A model generated the notes under the pieces. It did no database searches, was not told the DNA's origin, and saw only the letters and a program-made list of their open reading frames with translations. Of a stretch of DNA of 64,000 bases, positions 41,126 through 51,608 are shown one piece after another. Source of the DNA: an uncultured Clostridia bacterium. Lineage in GTDB: Bacteria > Bacillota > Clostridia > Christensenellales > CALVMC01. The stretch lies in assembly GCA_944342015.1 (NCBI GenBank), contig CALVMC010000003.1:88708-152707 (forward strand). The letters are read 5' to 3'. Numbering within the stretch: position 1 is the first letter of the stretch; the number at the start of each line of letters is the position of its first letter. Both the position numbers and the translations under genes were made by a program.

Positions 41126-41303
41126 AGAACCGACGGGACGGAAAATCCTACCCGAAGGAATCTTTAAACTTTTAAGCGACTTAAAGTTTTGCTTAATTGA
41201 AATTAAACATACCGAGTCTAAGGACGGTCCGAGGACAAAGAGAGTTTAAATCAAAGAATAATTTTGCTTTGTTTTATTCCTTTGTCTTTGACAAAGGTTT
41301 TTT
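41126..41303 (+). promoter_or_regulatory. Structured leader/attenuator upstream of the hydrogenase maturation operon
   Basis: Several hairpins ending in terminator CCTTTGTC-TTT-GACAAAGG-T6 just before the RBS; GACAAAG at 41234-41240 could form an antiterminator. Confidence 0.6.
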
Positions 41304-41319
41304 AATATAAAGGTGGAAT

Positions 41320-41565
41320 ATGGAAAACCGCATAGCAGTAATAGGAATAATAGTGGAAAATCAGGATATGACAACTAAACTCAACGAAATTCTTCACGAA
41401 TACGGAAGGTATATAATCGGAAGAATGGGCGTACCATTCCGTGAAAAAGGAATAAACATAATCAGCATAGCGATAAACGCACCGCACGAGATAATCAGCG
41501 CACTGTCGGGAAAAATCGGAAGACTTGACGGAGTCAGCGCAACGACAGCCTATTCAAAAGTATGA
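41320..41565 (+). CDS. TM1266-family iron-only hydrogenase system putative regulator
   Basis: RIAVIGIIVEN...LNEILHEY...IIGRMGVP...ISALSGKIGRL; precedes hydE. Confidence 0.9.
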   Translation: MENRIAVIGIIVENQDMTTKLNEILHEYGRYIIGRMGVPFREKGINIISIAINAPHEIISALSGKIGRLDGVSATTAYSKV

Positions 41566-42614
41566 AAAAGGATTTTATAGAAAGGATTATAGAAAATACC
41601 CAAAAGGGTATTGTTCCGAAAGCCGAAGATTTAAAATTAATTTTCGGCTGCGACGATAAGGCTTTAAGTCCTTTATATGAAAGGGCGAGAGAAACTGCAT
41701 TTTCTGTATATTCCGACAATGTTTTTGTAAGGGGGCTTATTGAAATAACTTCCTTTTGCAAAAACGACTGTTTATACTGCGGACTCAGACGCTCGAACAA
41801 GGAAGCGCAAAGATACCGCATTAAAGAAGAAGATATATTTGAAATCTGTAAAATCGGTTACGAAAAAGGGTTCAGAACCTTTGTTCTGCAAGGCGGCGAA
41901 GACGGTTATTTCGGCGACGAAATACTCGTTCCCCTGATAGAAAAAATAAAATCCGCTTTTAAAAATGTTGCGGTGACGCTTTCCTTGGGGGAAAGAACAA
42001 AGGAAAGTTATAAAAATCTATTTAATGCGGGAGCCGACAGATATCTTTTAAGGCACGAAACGGCAGACAGTAAACATTATAAAAAACTGCACCCGAAAGA
42101 TATGAGTTACGAAAACAGAAAACGGTGCCTTTACGACTTAAAGGAAATAGGATATCAGACGGGCTGCGGACTTATGGTAGGCTCGCCCTATCAGACCGAA
42201 GAAAGTCTGTATAAAGACCTTGTTTTCATAAAAGAGTTCTATCCCGAAATGGTGGGAATAGGACCTTTTATTCCCCACAAAAAGACGCCCTTTAAGGACT
42301 TTGAAAAAGGTTCGGTTAAAAAAACCCTTATAATGCTTGCCCTTGTCAGAATATTGGTACCGAAAGCACTTCTTCCTGCGACAACCGCTTTAAAGACGGC
42401 GGACGGTAACGGGCTTTTAAAAGGAATTCTTTCGGGCGCAAATGTTATAATGCCTAATTTAACGCCCGACGAGTACAGAACAAAATATGAAATATACGAC
42501 GGAAAAACTACAAGCGATAAAAAATGCATCAAAGAATATCTTGAAAATATCGATAACGAACTTAATAAAATAGGACGGCGGCTTAATATGAGCCGTGGCG
42601 ATTATAAAAAATAA
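41562..42614 (+). CDS. hydE: [FeFe]-hydrogenase H-cluster radical SAM maturase HydE
   Basis: RGLIE...CKNDCLYCGLR, LQGGED, YLLRHET, GIGPFIPH, PATTAL, GANVIMPN. Confidence 0.93.
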   Translation: MKKDFIERIIENTQKGIVPKAEDLKLIFGCDDKALSPLYERARETAFSVYSDNVFVRGLIEITSFCKNDCLYCGLRRSNKEAQRYRIKEEDIFEICKIGYEKGFRTFVLQGGEDGYFGDEILVPLIEKIKSAFKNVAVTLSLGERTKESYKNLFNAGADRYLLRHETADSKHYKKLHPKDMSYENRKRCLYDLKEIGYQTGCGLMVGSPYQTEESLYKDLVFIKEFYPEMVGIGPFIPHKKTPFKDFEKGSVKKTLIMLALVRILVPKALLPATTALKTADGNGLLKGILSGANVIMPNLTPDEYRTKYEIYDGKTTSDKKCIKEYLENIDNELNKIGRRLNMSRGDYKK

Positions 42615-42659
42615 AATCCTGAAAGGGAAGATTATAAGCCTTGAAGGCGGGAGGGATAT

Positions 42660-44078
42660 ATGTATAATGTAAAATCAATGAAAGCGGAAGAGTTTATCGA
42701 CCATAACGAGATAGAAGAAACCCTTTCTTTTGCAGAAGCAAACAAGAACAATTTAAAACTTATCGACAGCCTTATTGAAAAAGCAAAAGAGAGAAAGGGA
42801 CTCAGTCACAGAGAAGCGTCCGTTCTTCTTGCCTGCGAAAACAAGGAAAAACTCGAAGAAATCTATGCTTTGGCAAGACAGATAAAAGAAGATTTTTACG
42901 GGAACAGAATTGTAATGTTTGCCCCCCTTTATCTTTCCAACTACTGTGTAAACGGCTGCGTATACTGTCCCTATCACGGACAGAACAAACATATACCGAG
43001 AAAGAAACTTACTCAGGAAGATATCGTAAAAGAAGTAACAGCCCTTCAAGATATGGGACATAAAAGACTTGCGATAGAATCGGGAGAAGACCCTGTACAT
43101 AATCCCATAGAATACATACTCGAAAGTATAAAGACAATATATTCGATAAAACATAAAAACGGCGCTATACGAAGGGTAAATGTAAATATTGCGGCAACCA
43201 CGGTGGAAAATTATAAAAAACTGAAAGACGCAGGAATAGGAACATATATACTTTTTCAGGAAACATATCACAAGGAAAGTTACGAAAAACTGCACCCGTG
43301 GGGACCTAAGCACGATTACTGCTATCATACCGAAGCTATGGACAGAGCGATGCAAGGCGGGATAGACGATGTGGGACTCGGGGTTCTTTTCGGACTGGAA
43401 CTTTACAAGTACGAATTTGCAGGACTTTTAATGCACGCAGAACATTTGGAAGCGGTATTCGGAGTAGGTCCGCACACGATAAGCGTGCCGAGAATAAAGA
43501 GAGCGGACGATATTAATCCTACCGATTTCGATAACGGAATAGATGACGAAACCTTCGCTAAAATCTGCGCTCTTATAAGAATAAGCGTTCCTTATACGGG
43601 TATGATAATTTCAACGAGAGAAAGCAAGGCGGTGCGGGAAAAGGTACTGAGCCTTGGAATATCGCAGATAAGCGGCGGTTCGAGAACAAGCGTTGGCGGA
43701 TACTATGAAGAGGAAGAGGAAGACGAAAGCTCGGAACAGTTCGATGTAAGCGACAAAAGAACCCTTGACGAAGTGGTCTGCTGGCTTATGGAACTTGGAT
43801 ATATTCCGAGTTTCTGCACGGCTTGTTACAGAGAAGGCAGAACGGGCGACAGATTTATGACATTGCTTAAAAACAAGCAGATACTTAACTGCTGCCATCC
43901 TAACGCTCTTATGACTCTTAAAGAATTTTTGTGCGACTACGCTTCGGAAAAGACGGTAAAAATCGGAAACGAACTTATAAAGCGGGAACTTGAAAAAATT
44001 CCAAACGAAACAGTAAAAGCAAAAGCCAAGGAAAATCTGGAAAAAATCGAGAAAGGTATCCGTGATTTCAGATTCTGA
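42660..44078 (+). CDS. hydG: [FeFe]-hydrogenase H-cluster radical SAM maturase HydG
   Basis: FAPLYLSNYCVNGCVYC, FQETYH, GPHTISVPR, C-terminal SFCTACYR...CHPNA. Confidence 0.96.
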   Translation: MYNVKSMKAEEFIDHNEIEETLSFAEANKNNLKLIDSLIEKAKERKGLSHREASVLLACENKEKLEEIYALARQIKEDFYGNRIVMFAPLYLSNYCVNGCVYCPYHGQNKHIPRKKLTQEDIVKEVTALQDMGHKRLAIESGEDPVHNPIEYILESIKTIYSIKHKNGAIRRVNVNIAATTVENYKKLKDAGIGTYILFQETYHKESYEKLHPWGPKHDYCYHTEAMDRAMQGGIDDVGLGVLFGLELYKYEFAGLLMHAEHLEAVFGVGPHTISVPRIKRADDINPTDFDNGIDDETFAKICALIRISVPYTGMIISTRESKAVREKVLSLGISQISGGSRTSVGGYYEEEEEDESSEQFDVSDKRTLDEVVCWLMELGYIPSFCTACYREGRTGDRFMTLLKNKQILNCCHPNALMTLKEFLCDYASEKTVKIGNELIKRELEKIPNETVKAKAKENLEKIEKGIRDFRF

Positions 44079-44331
44079 AATCGGTTTTAAGGTTTTTTTA
44101 AAAATATAAAAATATTTTAAATTTTTTATAATATTATAAGAAACCGTTTTAAAATTTTTTCGGAATTAAACATTTCGGTTTTATTTAAGCCGATAATCGC
44201 CGTAAAATTCAACAAAACGGAACGCCATATTCTCTACAAGCGAGTTTTATTTAATCCGAAAATAGCCGTAAAAATTTAAGTACCGAAAAATCGTACTTGC
44301 TTAATTAAATAAATTATAAGGTGGTAACAAT

Positions 44332-45534
44332 ATGAGTTTAAACGACACGCCGTTAGCGGAAAGAGTGCATATAGCCTTTTTCGGAATGAGAAATGCCGGA
44401 AAATCATCACTTGTAAACGCAGTTACAAGGCAGAATGTTTCTATTGTTTCTGAAAAAAAGGGAACGACGACAGACCCTGTTTACAAGAATATGGAACTTC
44501 TGCCGTTAGGTCCCGTTACGATTATAGATACGCCGGGCTTTGACGACGACGAAGAAACGCTCGGAAAACTCAGAGTGGAAAAAGCCGTTCATATTTTAAG
44601 AAAAACCGATATAGCCGTTCTCGTAAAAGACTCCTCTCTGCCCTTTTCCGAAACCGAAAAAACACTTGTTTCGGAATTTGAAAAATTAAATGTACCCTAC
44701 ATAATAGCACAGAACAAGTGCGACCTTATACAAAATATTAACAGCCAAAACGGTACCGTTTTTGTCAGCGCAAAAACCGGTAAAGGAATAACCGAATTAA
44801 AAGAAAAAATAGCAAGTTTAAACTTGTTGAAAACACAGTCTCGAAAACTGCTCGATGGCATAGCAAATAAAGGCGACACTTTAATTCTTGTAGTTCCGAT
44901 AGACAAAGCCGCTCCGAAAGGAAGACTTATTCTTCCCCAACAGCAGGTAATAAGGGAAGCTCTCGACTCAGGCTGCGTTGCGGTTATAACACGGGACGAA
45001 GAACTCGAACAGACTCTCAAAGCAATAAAAAATCCTTCCTTTGTAATATGCGACAGTCAGGTTTTTTCATATACCGCTTCCGTAGTACCCGAAAGCATAC
45101 CGCTTACTTCCTTTTCTATACTTATGGCACGATATAAAGGATTTTTAGATACGGCGCTGAAAGGGGTAACAAAAATTTCAAAGCTTACCGAAAAAAGCAA
45201 GGTTGTAATTTCCGAAGGCTGTACCCATCACCGTCAATGCGGCGATATAGGAACGGTTAAGATACCTGCGCTTATTGAAAAATTCACAAAGGTTCGCCCG
45301 AAGTACAAATTTACTTCGGGACAGGATTTTTCAGAAGAAATTATAAAAGACGCCGACCTTGTTATACACTGCGGCGGTTGTATGCTTAACGAAAGAGAAA
45401 TGCAGTTCAGACAGAATATCGCTTTAAACTGCGGCGTTTCTTTCACCAATTACGGAACGGCTATTTCCTATATGTCGGGAATACTCAAAAGAAGTATAAA
45501 GGATATACCTGAATATAGAAATTTCGATATATAG
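44332..45534 (+). CDS. hydF: [FeFe]-hydrogenase maturation GTPase HydF
   Basis: GMRNAGKSS, GTTTDPV, DTPG, NKCD, PKGRLILPQ, EGCTHH, HCGGC, TNYG. Confidence 0.96.
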   Translation: MSLNDTPLAERVHIAFFGMRNAGKSSLVNAVTRQNVSIVSEKKGTTTDPVYKNMELLPLGPVTIIDTPGFDDDEETLGKLRVEKAVHILRKTDIAVLVKDSSLPFSETEKTLVSEFEKLNVPYIIAQNKCDLIQNINSQNGTVFVSAKTGKGITELKEKIASLNLLKTQSRKLLDGIANKGDTLILVVPIDKAAPKGRLILPQQQVIREALDSGCVAVITRDEELEQTLKAIKNPSFVICDSQVFSYTASVVPESIPLTSFSILMARYKGFLDTALKGVTKISKLTEKSKVVISEGCTHHRQCGDIGTVKIPALIEKFTKVRPKYKFTSGQDFSEEIIKDADLVIHCGGCMLNEREMQFRQNIALNCGVSFTNYGTAISYMSGILKRSIKDIPEYRNFDI

Positions 45535-45615
45535 TTTTATATTAAATTATTTCTAATAAATAAAACAAAACTTTACAACATTTAAAAAAAGTAAAATATT
45601 AATCTTTAATTAATA

Positions 45616-46440
45616 TTATTTTTTAAGAATCTCGTATAATCTTAAAAATTCAGAAGGCTCCAATTCTTCGGCTCTAACTGGCGGCGCCTTTTTTATGCTT
45701 TCAGTTGCGGCTTTGATTTTGTCTTTTTCGAATCCGGCTTTTAAAAGGTTGTTTTCAAGGGTTTTTCTGCGCATGGAAAAACAGCTTTTTATAAACGCCG
45801 AAAGCTCTTTTATGTCGCCTGCGACTTTATCCTTTTTTACGAATTTTATTATTGCGCTGTCTACATTAGGCTCCGGTTTAAACATTTTTCTCGAAACCTT
45901 TCTCAGCAAAATACAATCCGAAAGAAGTTTGGAACACACGGAAATTGCCGAGTACTGTGAGCTGCATTTTCCTGCGGTAAATCTTTCCGCAACTTCGAGC
46001 TGAACCATAACGGTAATACTTTGCACTTTAAGACTGCTTTCCAAAAAGCGCATTATAACGGGCGCCGAAATGTAATAAGGTAGATTTGCAATTATTTTGA
46101 AAGGTTTGCTGTCCGTTAAACTTTCTATTTCTTCGTCGGATACCTTCATTATATCCGTATTTAATAGGGTTATATTGTTGAAATCTTCAAGTACGACGCC
46201 GAGTACGGGAATAAGATTTTTATCTATTTCGAAAGCTATAACTTTATCGGCGGTTTTGGCAATTTCCCTTGTAAGGCTTCCTGCTCCTGCGCCTATTTCT
46301 AACACTACGGAATTTTCTGCTTCTCCGTCTTTTGTGACGGCACAAAGAAAATTTCGGTCAAGAATAAAATTCTGACCGAACTGTTTGTTGAATCTGAAAT
46401 TATTTTCTCTTAATATTTCACCTATGTTTTTATCCGTCAT
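45616..46440 (-). CDS. rsmA: 16S rRNA dimethyladenosine transferase
   Basis: FGQNF, LEIGAGAG, FEID, ANLPYYI, MVQLEVAER, PNVDS, RRKTL. Confidence 0.95.
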   Translation of the reverse strand: MTDKNIGEILRENNFRFNKQFGQNFILDRNFLCAVTKDGEAENSVVLEIGAGAGSLTREIAKTADKVIAFEIDKNLIPVLGVVLEDFNNITLLNTDIMKVSDEEIESLTDSKPFKIIANLPYYISAPVIMRFLESSLKVQSITVMVQLEVAERFTAGKCSSQYSAISVCSKLLSDCILLRKVSRKMFKPEPNVDSAIIKFVKKDKVAGDIKELSAFIKSCFSMRRKTLENNLLKAGFEKDKIKAATESIKKAPPVRAEELEPSEFLRLYEILKK

Positions 46441-46550
46441 ATTGAATCTTTATTAAAGTTAATTTATACCTTTTTGATTTTGTAACCATCCGCAGCCTTA
46501 AATAGAAAAAGTATATTTGCTTTCCGATTTTTTTAATAGCGAATTTTATA

Positions 46551-47144
46551 TTATATATATTTCCTTATTCTGAGTTTTGCGCCTATCGATTCGGCTATCT
46601 TTTTTGCGTGCTCTATCTTTTCTTCCCCGATAACATCGACTACCGAAAGGACGACATTCGGTATGACCGAAACGCAGCTTTTGGCAAATTCAATCATTGA
46701 GTAATATGCAAGCGCACCCGCCTCGGGTCTGCATTCGTTTACATAATCCTGTGCGTCCACCCCGTTAAGGGAAATGTTTACGGTATCGATAAGTCCTTTC
46801 ATTCTCTTTGCGGTATCCTTTCTGCCCGTAATTATCTCGGCTTGTCCGTTTGTGTTAACTCTTGTTTTTCCGCCCTTATCTTTTACGAAAGCGGCAACTT
46901 CGAGCATATCGTCGAGTCTGAAAAGGGGTTCTCCGAAACCGCAGAAAACCGTCTCTTTATATTTTGCGCAATCTTTAAGTTCGTTTTTAAGAACCTTAAC
47001 GGACGGTTCCTTTTTAAGCCATAAATGATATCCTTCTATTCCGTCATTGTGATTTCTTATACAGAAATGACAGTTATTGTTACAACGGTTAGTTAGATTG
47101 ACATAAATACTTTCCCCTATAACATAAGTGTAAACATCAGCCAT
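46551..47144 (-). CDS. TatD-associated radical SAM protein
   Basis: YVNLTNRCNNNCHFCIR, VFCGFGEP, RVNTNG; adjacent to tatD. Confidence 0.88.
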   Translation of the reverse strand: MADVYTYVIGESIYVNLTNRCNNNCHFCIRNHNDGIEGYHLWLKKEPSVKVLKNELKDCAKYKETVFCGFGEPLFRLDDMLEVAAFVKDKGGKTRVNTNGQAEIITGRKDTAKRMKGLIDTVNISLNGVDAQDYVNECRPEAGALAYYSMIEFAKSCVSVIPNVVLSVVDVIGEEKIEHAKKIAESIGAKLRIRKYI

Positions 47145-47257
47145 ATTTATCCCTCTTTGTATAAAATTCTATCGGATAGCGATTAATTATTCAGTATTAT
47201 AATATTAATTTGCGTTTTACCGAATATTATAAACCCGACAGCGGTTACTTTTAATCT

Positions 47258-48055
47258 TTAATATTTTATTCCGTAAAATCTTTCGGCGTTAGCGGTGGTA
47301 ATTTTATCGGTCGAATATCCGAAAAGTTCGTTGATTTTATCCGCCGTAATATTTATAAATTTCGGTTCGTTGGTCTCGCCCCTGAAAGGGTGCGGCGTCA
47401 TATACGGACAGTCGGTTTCGAGAAGAAGATTTTCTATCGGCGTTTTCTTTAAAACTTCCCTTCTGCTTTCGGCGTTTTTAAAGGTTACCGCACCGCCGTA
47501 CGAAAAACAGAATTCTTCGTTTATTCTGAGAAGTTCTTTCATATATTCCGTACTTTGACTGAAACAGTGGAAAAGGGCGCCGCTATGAAAATAACTTTTC
47601 ATATCCTTAACTATATTCAGCATATCCGAAGCCGCCTCTCTTAAATGTATAACTACGGGAAGTTTGAGTTCTTTTGCGATTTCAAGCTGGCTTTTAAAAA
47701 GTTTTTCCTGTTTTAACCTGTCTGCGCCGTCATAATGGTAATCGAGACCTATTTCGCCTATTGCAAGACATTTTTTGTTTTCGGCAATTTTTTTGATCTC
47801 GCATAAATCTTTATCGGAATATCCGTCTGCGTATTCGGGGTGTATTCCTGCGGTAAAAAATATATTGTTATGCTCTTTTGAAAGCTTTGCTCCGTCTCGG
47901 CTGGAAATTAAATCGGCACCCGCCTCTATTACCGCCTTTATTCCGTTTTCAAAAAAAGATTCGATTATTTCTTCCCTTTTACCGTCGAATCTGCTGTCGG
48001 TAAGGTGTGCGTGGGCGTCTATTAAATTTCTGTTTTTATATGCGGTAAAATCCAT
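47258..48055 (-). CDS. tatD: TatD family nuclease
   Basis: DAHAH, GIHP, GEIGLDY, IHLREA, HCFS, LETDCPY. Confidence 0.93.
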   Translation of the reverse strand: MDFTAYKNRNLIDAHAHLTDSRFDGKREEIIESFFENGIKAVIEAGADLISSRDGAKLSKEHNNIFFTAGIHPEYADGYSDKDLCEIKKIAENKKCLAIGEIGLDYHYDGADRLKQEKLFKSQLEIAKELKLPVVIHLREAASDMLNIVKDMKSYFHSGALFHCFSQSTEYMKELLRINEEFCFSYGGAVTFKNAESRREVLKKTPIENLLLETDCPYMTPHPFRGETNEPKFINITADKINELFGYSTDKITTANAERFYGIKY

Positions 48056-48059
48056 AATG

Positions 48060-50012
48060 TTATCTTACGGTTGAACCCGACTCGATTTTCTTTTCGGGAC
48101 TGATTATCGAAAGACCGCCTTTGCCATCGTCGGCGCAGAGTATCATTCCCTGAGAAAGTATTCCCCTGAGTTTGCAAGGTTTAAGGTTGGAAACTATTAC
48201 CACGCTCTTTCCTATCATTTCTTCGGGGGTATACCACTTTGCTATTCCGCTGACTACCGTTCTCGACTCCTCGCCTACTTTAAGGGTAAGTTTTAAAAGC
48301 TTGTCTGCGTTTTCCACTTTACTGCACTCTGTTACCAAGGCGACTTTAAGACTTACCTTTGCAAAATCGTCAATGGAGATTTCTTCTGTTTTAACGGTAT
48401 TTTCTCCGTCCTTGTTTTCCGAATGTTCGGATTTTTTTTGTTTTTCGTTTTCTTCGGCTACCTTTTCCAATTCTTTAAGCTCCTTTTGCACATCGAGTCT
48501 CGGAAATATTGGCGGAATCTTTTCCGTTTGTTTTCCGCCTTTTGAAGTTGTGAATTTTAACGATTCGAATGTTCTGTATTTTTTGTCGGTTTTTATGGCG
48601 TCGAGTATCTTCTCTGCCGTGTCCGGAAGATATGCCTGCAATATAACTGCGATTATTCTTATGGCTTCGAGAAGATTTCCTAAAACATCGGAAAGCTTTT
48701 GCTTATCTCCTTCTTTTGCAAGCACCCACGGACGGGTTTCGTCAATATACTTGTTTGCTCTTGCTATAACCTTCCATACCTTGCCCAATGAGTCGGAAAC
48801 CATTAAATTATCCATATCGGACTTAACTTCGTTATAGAGATTATTACAGCATTTTTTTAAATCCGCAGAAAACTCGTCATCCTTTTCAGAAACGCCGACA
48901 GTCTTTCCTTCGAAGTTCTGTTCGAGCATTGCAAGGGTTCTCGATACGAGATTCCCTAAGTCGTTTGCCAAATCGGAATTTATCTTTTTAAGAAAAGCCT
49001 CGCTTGTAAACATTCCGTCCTGACCGAAAGGTATTTCTCTTAAAAGATAGTATCTTACTGCGTCCGTCGAATACCTTTTAGTAAGTATAAAGGGGTCGAC
49101 AACATTGCTTTTGCTTTTGCTCATCTTGTCTCCGCCCATAAGAAGCCAACCGTGTCCGTAAACCTTTTTCGGAACAGGAAGGTCGAGCGCCATAAGCATA
49201 GCAGGCCATATTATACTGTGGAAACGGACAATTTCCTTTCCCATCATATGAATATCGCAAGGCCAGAATGTCTTCATAAGTTTATCGTCGTCCGATAAAT
49301 AGCCTAAACTTGTTATATAGTTTGTCAATGCGTCTATCCATACATAAATTGTGTACTTTTCGTCAAAGGGAACCTTTATGCCCCAATCGAAGTTGCTTCT
49401 TGTTACGCTTAAATCTTGAAGACCGGGAAGAAGAAAATTGTTGAGCATTTCGTTTCTTCTCGTTTTCGGTTCGAGAAAGTCGGTATCCCGAATAAGTTTA
49501 ATGAGTTTATCGGTATACTTCGATAAACGGAAAAAATATCCTTCTTCCTTTATGTGAGTAACTTCCCTTCCGCAGTCGGGACACTTACCGTCTTTAAGCT
49601 GGGTTTTCGTCCAGTATGTTTCGCACGGAACGCAATACATTCCTTCGTATTCGCCCTTGTAAATATCCCCTTTATCGTAGAGTTTCTGAAAAATTTTCTG
49701 TACGGCTTTTTCGTGTTCTTTATCCGTAGTCCTTATAAATTTATCGTAACTTATGTTGAGTATTTTCCATAAATTCTTTAAATTGTTAACGGGTTCCTTT
49801 AAATAATTTTCGGGAGTCATATTCTGACTTTTTGCAATTTTTTCGATTTTCATTCCGTGCTCGTCGGTTCCCGTCTGATAAAAAACATTAAAGCCTTGAA
49901 GTCTTTTAAAGCGGGCGATAGCGTCGCACACGACGGTGGTATAGCATGTCCCTAAATGCCATTTTCCGCTCGGATAATAGATAGGGGTGGTAATATAAAA
50001 ATTTTCTGACAT
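48060..50012 (-). CDS. metG: Methionyl-tRNA synthetase with C-terminal tRNA-binding domain
   Basis: Start reassigned to ATG 50012 (GAGGTG RBS); FYITTPIYY, HLGT (HIGH-like), GTDEHG, Zn knuckle, KMSKS, C-terminal OB fold. Confidence 0.97.
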   Translation of the reverse strand: MSENFYITTPIYYPSGKWHLGTCYTTVVCDAIARFKRLQGFNVFYQTGTDEHGMKIEKIAKSQNMTPENYLKEPVNNLKNLWKILNISYDKFIRTTDKEHEKAVQKIFQKLYDKGDIYKGEYEGMYCVPCETYWTKTQLKDGKCPDCGREVTHIKEEGYFFRLSKYTDKLIKLIRDTDFLEPKTRRNEMLNNFLLPGLQDLSVTRSNFDWGIKVPFDEKYTIYVWIDALTNYITSLGYLSDDDKLMKTFWPCDIHMMGKEIVRFHSIIWPAMLMALDLPVPKKVYGHGWLLMGGDKMSKSKSNVVDPFILTKRYSTDAVRYYLLREIPFGQDGMFTSEAFLKKINSDLANDLGNLVSRTLAMLEQNFEGKTVGVSEKDDEFSADLKKCCNNLYNEVKSDMDNLMVSDSLGKVWKVIARANKYIDETRPWVLAKEGDKQKLSDVLGNLLEAIRIIAVILQAYLPDTAEKILDAIKTDKKYRTFESLKFTTSKGGKQTEKIPPIFPRLDVQKELKELEKVAEENEKQKKSEHSENKDGENTVKTEEISIDDFAKVSLKVALVTECSKVENADKLLKLTLKVGEESRTVVSGIAKWYTPEEMIGKSVVIVSNLKPCKLRGILSQGMILCADDGKGGLSIISPEKKIESGSTVR

Positions 50013-50137
50013 AGTAACACCTCGAAAAGAATGAAAATAAAAAATTTTATTTCCGTCAATGATAAAGATTATACTATTTATATAAATATAAGTCAAATTT
50101 TTTAATAATCGCAGTATGAGGCTAATATACTAAAATT

Positions 50138-50740
50138 ATGAATGTTGTATTTATAGTTCTTGTGACGGCGTCTTTGATTATGCTCTGTACGGTATCGCCG
50201 GAAAGTGCGATAACGGTAATGCTTAACGGGGTAAGCGGTTCTATTCAGCTTGCCCTTAAACTCTGCGCAATTTACGCAGTATGGGTATCGGTGCTTTCGA
50301 TTATGGAAAAAACAAATATGACAAACGGGCTTTACAGACTGCTGAGACCGCTTTGCAAAAAACTCTTCAAAGGCGAAAGCGACAAGGCCTACGAGTATAT
50401 ATCCATGAATCTTGCGACAAATCTTCTCGGAATGGGCGGTGCGGCAACTCCTATGGGAATAAAAGCCGTGGAAGAAATGTCGAAAGGCAAAGACAAGGCA
50501 AGCGATAACCTTATACTTTTTACGGTAATAAACGCAACTTCCATACAGCTTCTCCCTATGACTATAATATCGCTTAGGGCTGCGGCAGGCTCGTCTACCG
50601 CATCGGATATAATAATTCCGAGTCTTATCGCAACCGCATGTACTACCCTTATCGGCGGTCTTTTATGTTTTGTTTTAAGGGGAATAAAAAGAAAAAATAA
50701 AAATAAACCGAACGAAAAACCGTTATACGATAAACATTAA
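50138..50740 (+). CDS. spmA: Spore maturation protein A
   Basis: NLLGMGGAATPMGIKA, INATSIQLLP; followed by spmB. Confidence 0.9.
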   Translation: MNVVFIVLVTASLIMLCTVSPESAITVMLNGVSGSIQLALKLCAIYAVWVSVLSIMEKTNMTNGLYRLLRPLCKKLFKGESDKAYEYISMNLATNLLGMGGAATPMGIKAVEEMSKGKDKASDNLILFTVINATSIQLLPMTIISLRAAAGSSTASDIIIPSLIATACTTLIGGLLCFVLRGIKRKNKNKPNEKPLYDKH

Positions 50741-50826
50741 AACCCAATTAAAGTAAAGCCTTATAAACCTTTAATAAATAAAGTCATTCAAACTTGTGCT
50801 AAGTTTAAAATATAAAAGGGAATGGA

Positions 50827-51333
50827 ATGAGTAACTATATAGTCCCCGTATTAATTATCGGCGTAATTATTTATGCCGTAATAAAAAAAGTCAATGTATA
50901 CGATTCCTTCACCGAAGGCACGAAATCCGCTCTTATTCTCGTATTCAATATCTTTCCGTATATTGCGGTAATACTTATGTGCGTGGAACTGTTCAAAGTC
51001 AGCGGACTTGCTAAGATTGCGGTGCAATGGTTGGAGCCTTTTTTTACCTTTCTCGGAATGCCTTCGGAACTTGCGGAAATAGTACTTATAAAACCTTTAA
51101 GCGGAAACGGTTCTCTTGCTCTTCTCGAAGAGGTTTTCAACGAATACGGCCCCGACAGTTACATAGCGCGCTGTGCGGCGGTAATAGTAGGCTCGTCAGA
51201 AACTCTGTTTTATATAACCGCCGTCTATTTCAGTACCGTTAAAATAAAAAAACTGCGATATGCTATTCCCGTTGCTCTTTTTGCAAGTTTTGCGGGAGCG
51301 GTAATCGCTTGCTTTATATGCAGATTTATTTGA
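50827..51333 (+). CDS. spmB: Spore maturation protein B
   Basis: VNVYDSFTEG, KPLSGNGS, GPDS, GSSETLFY, KKLRYA. Confidence 0.92.
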   Translation: MSNYIVPVLIIGVIIYAVIKKVNVYDSFTEGTKSALILVFNIFPYIAVILMCVELFKVSGLAKIAVQWLEPFFTFLGMPSELAEIVLIKPLSGNGSLALLEEVFNEYGPDSYIARCAAVIVGSSETLFYITAVYFSTVKIKKLRYAIPVALFASFAGAVIACFICRFI

Positions 51334-51608
51334 GTATTTAAAATTTGCCTTTCTTCTTTAATTTAATATCCTTTTTTGCGGATTTAAGAAAGTTTTATTT
51401 ATCGGATAAAATTCTTATTTTATTAAACCCTCTTGAAAATTTAATAATTTAAATTCCCTATATTTTTTTCATACTTTAAAAAATTGCTTTTTTATTGTGT
51501 AAATGATAAAATTACTATAACCGAAATTAAAGCATTCAGATAAATTTCATCTCTGCTTTTTCGATATATAAATCGGAAAAGACACAAGGTTTTGCAAGGA
51601 GCAAAAAG

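Noticed and set aside
41130-41240. Hyd leader as a Tyr T-box (UAC in first hairpin) or ykkC/c-di-GMP riboswitch (GGTCCGAG, GTCTAAG fragments)
   Set aside because: No UGGNACC bulge and the remaining consensus elements are missing or out of order; left as an unassigned leader
44310-44331. AAGGTGGTAAC upstream of hydF resembling a T-box core
   Set aside because: It sits at RBS distance from the ATG, with no stem I or downstream terminator
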